A DNA stretch of 64,000 nt from Eledone cirrhosa. Taxonomy: Eukaryota. Every line of letters begins with the position of its first letter. Positions within the stretch are counted from its first letter, which is position 1. The stretch spans positions 209,498,001 to 209,562,000 of the forward strand of contig OZ024743.1 of NCBI GenBank assembly GCA_964016885.1, written 5' to 3'. The notes beneath the pieces were generated by a model. That model did no database searches. It had not been told where the DNA came from and saw only the letters and a list, made by a program, of their open reading frames with translations. A program made the translations under genes and the position numbers. Positions 58,001 through 64,000 of this stretch are shown here, piece after piece.

Positions 58001-61000
58001 AGCTCTTCACTCCATAAGATATACCACAGTTTACCATCCTATGGCCACAGATGAAAGCTCTTCACTCCAGAAGATATACAACAGTTTACCACCCTATGGC
58101 CACAGATGAGAACTCTTCACTCCATAAGATATACCACAGTTTACCATCTTATAGCCACGCCACGGATGAAAGCTCTTCACTCCATAAGATATACCACAGT
58201 TTACCATCCTATAGTCACACATGAAAGCTCTTCACTCCATAAGATATAACACAGTTTACCATCCTATAGCCACAGATGAAAGCTGTTCACTCCATAAGAT
58301 ATAACACAGTTTACCATCCTATAGCCACAGATGAAAGCTCTTCACTCCATAAGATATAACACAGTTTACCATCCTATAGCCAGATGAAAGTTCTTCACTC
58401 CATAAGATATACCACAGTTTACCATCCTATAGCCACAGATGAAAGCTCTTCACTCCATAAGATATACCACAGTTTACCATCCTATAGCCACAGATGAAAG
58501 CTGTTCACTCCATAAGATATACCACAGTTTACCATGCTATGGCCACACATGAAAGCTCTTCACTCCATAAGATATACCACTGTTTACCATCCTATGGCCA
58601 CACATGAAAGCTCTTCACTCCATATGATATACCACAGTTTACAATCCTATGGCCACACATGAAAGCTCTTCACTCCATAATATATTCCACAGTTTACCAT
58701 CCTATAGCCACACATGAGAGCTCTTCACTCCATAAGATATACCACTGTTTACCATCCTATGGCCACACATGAAAGCTCTTCACTCCATAAGATATACCAC
58801 TGTTTACCATCCTATGGCCACACATGAAAGCTTTTCACTCCATAAGATATACCACAGTTTACCATCCTATAGCCACACATGAAAGCTCTTCACTCCATAA
58901 GATATACCACTGTTTACCATCCTATGGCCACACATGAAAGCTCTTCACTCCATAAGATATACCACTGTTTACCATCCTATGGCCACACATGAAAGCTCTT
59001 CACTCCATAAGATATACCACAGTTTACCATCCTATAGCCACAGATGAAAGCTGTTCACTCCATAAGATATATGACAGTTTACCATCCTATAGCCACAGAT
59101 GAAAGCTGCTCACTCCATAAGATATACCACAGTTTACCATCCTATAGCCAGATGAAAGCTCTTCACTCCATAAGATATACCACAGCTTACCATCCTATAG
59201 CCACAGATGAAAGCTCTTCACTCCATAAGATATACCACAGTTTACCATCCTATAGCCAGATGAAAGCTCTTCACTCCATAAGATATACCACAGTTTACCA
59301 TCCTATAGCCACAGATGAAAGCTCTTCACTCCATAAAATATACCACAGTTTACCATCCCAAAGCCACAGATGAAAGCTCTTCACTCCATAAGATATACCT
59401 CAGTTTACCATCCTATAGCCACACATGAGAGCTCTTCACTCCATAAGATATACCACAGTTTACCATCCTATAGCCACACATGAGAGCTCTTCACTCCATA
59501 TGATATACCACAGTTTACCATCCTATGGCCACAAATGAAAGCTCTTCACCCCATAAGATATACCACAGTTTACCATCATATATCCAGATGAAAGCTCTTC
59601 ACTCCGTAAAATATACCACAGTTTACCATCCTGTAGCCACACATGAGAGCTTTTCACTCCATAAGATATACCACAGTTTACCATCCTATAGCCACACATG
59701 AGAGCTCTTCACTCCATGAGATATACCACAGTTTACCATCCTATTGCCACACATGAAAGCTCTTCACTCCATAAGATATAGCACAGTTTACCATCCTATA
59801 GGCACACATGAAAGCTCTTCACTCCATAAGATATAGCACAGTTTACCATCCTATAGCCAGATGAATGCTCTTCACTCCATAAGATATGACAGTTTACCAT
59901 CCTATAGCCACACATGAAATCTCTTCACTCCATAAGATATACCTCAGTTTATCATCCTATAGCCACAGATGAAAGCTCTTCACTCCATAGGATATACCAC
60001 AGTTTACCATCCTATAGCCACGCATGAAAGCTCTTCACGCCATAAGATATACCTCAGTTTACCATCCAATAGCCACAGATGAAAGCTCTTCACTCCATAA
60101 GATATACCACAGTTTACCATCCTATAGCCACACATGAGAGCTCTTTACTCCATAAGATATACCACAGTTTACCATCCTATAGCCACACATGAGAGCTCTT
60201 CACTCCATAAGATATACCACAGTTTACCATGCTATGGCCACACATGAAAGCTCTTCACTCAATAAGATATACCACTGTTTACCATCCTATGGCCACACAT
60301 GAAAGCTCTTCACTCCATAAGATATACCACAGTTTACAATCCTATGGCCACACATGAAAGCTCTTCACTCCATAATATATTCCACAGTTTACCATCCTAT
60401 AGCCACACATGAGAGCTCTTCACTCCATAAGATATACCACTGTTTACCATCCTATGGCCACACATGAAAGCTCTTCACTCCATAAGATATACCACTGTTT
60501 ACCATCCTATGGCCACACATGAAAGCTTTTCACTCCATAAGATATACCACAGTTTACCATCCTATAGCCACACATGAAAGCTCTTCACTCCATAAGATAT
60601 ACCACTGTTTACCATCCTATGGCCACACATGAAAGCTCTTCACTCCATAAGATATACCACAGTTTACCATCCTATAGCCAGATGAAAGCTCTTCACTCCA
60701 TAAAATATACCACAGTTTACCATCCTATAGCCACAGATGAAAGCTCTTCACTCCATAAGATATACCACAGTTTACCATCCAATAGCCAGATGAAAGCTCT
60801 TCACTCCATAAGATATACCATAGTTTACCACCCTATGGCCACAGATGAAAGCTCTTCACTCCATGAGATATACCACAGTTTACCATCCTATAGCCACGCC
60901 ATGGATGAAAGCTCTTCACTCCATAAGATATACCACAGTTTACAATCCTATAGCCACAGATGAAAGCTCTTCACTCCATAAGATATACCACAGTTTACCA

Positions 61001-64000
61001 TCCTATGGCCACAGATGAAAGCTCTTCACTCCATAAGATATACCACTGTTTACCATCCTATGGCCACACATGAAAGCTCTTCACTCCATAAGATATACCA
61101 CAGTTTACCATCCTATAGCCAGATGAAAGCTGTTCACTCCATAAGATATACCACAGTTTACCATCCTATAGCCACACATGAAAGCTCTTCACTCCATAAG
61201 ATATACCACAGTTTACCATCCTATAGCCACAGATGAAAGCTGTTCACTCCATAAGATATATGACAGTTTACCATCCTATAGCCACAGATGAAAGCTGCTC
61301 ACTCCATAAGATATACCACAGTTTACCATCCTATAGCCAGATGAAAGCTCTTCACTCCATAAGATATACCACAGCTTACCATCCTATAGCCACAGATGAA
61401 AGCTGTTCACTCCATAAGATATACCACAGTTTACCATCCTATAGCCAGATGAAAGCTCTTCACTCCATAAGATATACCACAGTTTACCATCCTATAGCCA
61501 CAGATGAAAGCTCTTCACTCCATAAAATATACCACAGTTTACCATCCCAAAGCCACAGATGAAAGCTCTTCACTCCATAAGATATACCTCAGTTTACCAT
61601 CCTATAGCCACACATGAGAGCTCTTCACTCCATAAGATATACCACAGTTTACCATCCTATAGCCACACATGAGAGCTCTTCACTCCATAAGATATACCAC
61701 AGTTTACTATCCTATGGCCACAAATGAAAGCTCTTCACCCCATAAGATATACCACAGTTTACCATCATATATCCAGATGAAAGCTCTTCACTCCGTAAAA
61801 TATACCACAGTTTACCATCCTGTAGCCACACATGAGAGCTTTTCACTCCATAAGATATACCACAGTTTACCATCCTATAGCCACACATGAGAGCTCTTCA
61901 CTACATGAGATATACCACAGTTTACCATCCTATTGCCACACATGAAAGCTCTTCACTCCATAAGATATAGCACAGTTTACCATCCTATAGGCACACATGA
62001 AAGCTCTTCACTCCATAAGATATAGCACAGTTTACCATCCTATAGCCAGATGAATGCTCTTCACTCCATAAGATATACGACAGTTTACCATCCTATAGCC
62101 ACACATGAAATCTCTTCACTCCATAAGATATACCTCAGTTTATCATCCTATAGCCACAGATGAAAGCTCTTCACTCCATAAGATATACCACAGTTTACCA
62201 TCCTATAGCCACACATGAAAGCTTTTCACGCCATAAGATATACATCAGTTTACCATCCAATAGCCACAGATGAAAGCTCTTCACTCCATAAGATATACCA
62301 CAGTTTACCATCCTATAGCCACACATGAGAGCTCTTTACTCCATAAGATATACCACAGTTTACCATCCTATAGCCACACATGAGAGCTCTTCACTCCATA
62401 AGATATACCACAGTTTACCATGCTATGGCCACACATGAAAGCTCTTCACTCAATAAGATATACCACTGTTTACCATCCTATGGCCACACATGAAAGCTCT
62501 TCACTCCATAAGATATACCACAGTTTACAATCCTATGGCCACACATGAAAGCTCTTCACTCCATAATATATTCCACAGTTTACCATCCTATAGCCACACA
62601 TGAGAGCTCTTCACTCCATAAGATATACCACTGTTTACCATCCTATGGCCACACATGAAAGCTCTTCACTCCATAAGATATACCACTGTTTACCATCCTA
62701 TGGCCACACATGAAAGCTTTTCACTCCATAAGATATACCACAGTTTACCATCCTATAGCCACACATGAAAGCTCTTCACTCCATAAGATATACCACTGTT
62801 TACCATCCTATGGCCACACATGAAAGCTCTTCACTCCATAAGATATACCACAGTTTACCATCCTATAGCCACAGATGAAAGCTCTTCACTCCATAAGATA
62901 TACCACAGTTTACCATCCAATAGCCAGATGAAAGCTCTTCACTCCATAAAATATACCACAGTTTACCATCCTATAGCCACAGATGAAAGCTCTTCACTCC
63001 ATAAGATATACCACAGTTTACCATCCAATAGCCAGATGAAAGCTCTTCACTCCATAAGATATACCATAGTTTACCACCCTATGGCCACAGATGAAAGCTC
63101 TTCACTCCATGAGATATACCACAGTTTACCATCCTATAGCCACGCCATGGATGAAAGCTCTTCACTCCATAAGATATACCACAGTTTACAATCCTATAGC
63201 CACAGATGAAAGCTCTTCACTCAATAAGATATACCACAGTTTACCATCCTATGGCCACAGATGAAAGCTCTTCACTCCATAAGATATACCACAGTTTACC
63301 ATCCTATAGTCACACATGAAAGCTCTTCACTCCATAAGATACACCACAGTTTACCATCCTATAGCCACAGATGAAAGCTCTTCACTCCATAAGATATACC
63401 ACAGTTTACCATCCTATAGCCACAGATGAAAGCTGTTCACTCCATAAGATATACCACAGTTTACCATCCTATAGCCACACATGAAAGCTCTTCACTCCAT
63501 AAGATATACCACAGTTTACCATCCTATAGCCACAGATGAAAGCTGTTCACTCCATAAGATATACGACAGTTTACCATCCTATGGCCACAGATGAAAGCTC
63601 TTCTCTCCATAAGATATACCACAGTTTACCACCCTATGGCCACAGATGAGAACTCTTCACTCCATAAGATATACCACAGTTTACCATCTTATAGCCACGC
63701 CACGGATGAAAGCTCTTCACTCCATAAGATATACCACAGTTTACCATCCTATAGTCACACATGAAAGCTCTTCACTCCATAAGATATAACACAGTTTACC
63801 ATCCTATAGCCAGATGAAAGTTCTTCACTCCATAAGATATACCACAGTTTACTATCCTATAGCCACAGATGAAAGCTCTTCACTCCATAAGATATACCAC
63901 AGTTTACCATCCTATAGCCACAGATGAAAGCTCTTCACTCCATAAGATATACCACAGTTTACCATCCTATAGCCACACATGAAAGCTCTTCACTCCATAA
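52057..64000 (+). repeat. Three related copies of a ~2-kb block (starting ~52275, ~59044, ~61233)
   Basis: The marker CATATATCCAGATG...CTCCGTAAAA occurs at ~52810, ~59580 and ~61770 (offsets 6769 and 2189). ORF pairs 52057/61015, 52275/61233, 52711/61669 differ by 8958. Confidence 0.85.

Larger units (their letters stand above)
1..64000 (+). repeat. Tandem satellite DNA array, 55-bp monomer (53- and 60-bp variants), about 1,160 copies in one orientation
   Basis: The monomer ATGAAAGCTCTTCACTCCATAAGATATACCACAGTTTACCATCCTATAGCCACAC is directly visible (e.g. 676-730) and repeats without interruption to both window edges. Most copies differ from consensus by 0-3 substitutions. Confidence 0.99.

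Noticed and set aside
403-63209. About 90 short His/Ser/Tyr-rich ORFs (MKALHSIRYTTVYHPIAT/HESSSLHKIYHSLPSYSQ) as a repetitive peptide gene family
   Set aside because: Almost every monomer starts with ATG and two of the three + frames lack stops. ORFs extend only where 55+53 (=108) or 60-bp units keep the frame, and they end in the third frame (TGA/TAA). The longest is 129 aa and there is no unique flanking or regulatory sequence. They are arithmetic by-products of the repeat.
1-64000. CRISPR array (period 53-60 bp with a weakly palindromic segment)
   Set aside because: There are no unique spacers, since the whole unit is repeated. There is no leader and no cas gene.
1-64000. Satellite-encoded hammerhead ribozyme or retrozyme, as known from newt and schistosome satellites
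   Set aside because: On +, CAGATGA overlaps GAAA, leaving no stem II, and it mismatches CUGANGA. On -, CTTATGG..GAAG breaks conserved core positions. I could not build stems I and III. An Infernal/Rfam search on a dimer or trimer would be the formal test.
1-64000. Canonical telomerase repeat or strong G-quadruplex array
   Set aside because: There is no TTAGGG/TTAGG-type short unit and no GGG tract in the consensus on either strand. The ordered multi-kb duplications indicate recombinational rather than templated addition.
1-64000. Tandem tRNA, 5S, snRNA or spliced-leader gene array
   Set aside because: The 55-bp unit is too short and shows no cloverleaf, A/B boxes, Sm site or consensus poly-T terminator.
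1-64000. One fixed-length higher-order repeat, or known alpha-satellite/CENP-B box features
   Set aside because: Offsets between matching blocks vary widely (2109, 3834, 4242, 5615, 5679, 8318, 8958). The monomer does not resemble 171-bp alpha satellite and lacks the CpG-containing CENP-B box.
1-64000. Embedded transposon, unique island or inversion hidden in the array
   Set aside because: Reading through, every line conforms to the monomer in + orientation. The largest departures are indels of 1-5 bp. A very short insertion could have been missed by eye.

Overview
All 64,000 bases are one uninterrupted head-to-tail satellite array of about 1,160 monomers (64,000/55), and it runs off both ends of the window. 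The consensus monomer is 55 bp: ATGAAAGCTCTTCACTCCATAAGATATACCACAGTTTACCATCCTATAGCCACA(C/G). It is 40% GC, C/A-rich on the + strand, and has no CpG. Two length variants recur: a 53-mer (ends ...ATAGCCAG) and a 60-mer (GCCAC duplicated, ends ...ATAGCCACGCCACGG). I see no genes, RNA genes, transposon insertions, inversions or CRISPR spacers, and every ORF in the track is a translation of the repeat. The information lies in the order of monomer variants. They show irregular higher-order repeats, multi-kb duplications (2109, 4242, 5679 and 5615 bp offsets, some with mappable crossover monomers), a homogeneous 8.7-35.7 kb core between more diverged flanks, and apparent CpG decay that suggests methylation. 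It looks like eukaryotic centromeric, pericentromeric or subtelomeric heterochromatin. I do not recognise the family or organism, and I cannot support a new protein-coding system here. All counts and offsets were read by eye or taken from the ORF track and need confirming by alignment.
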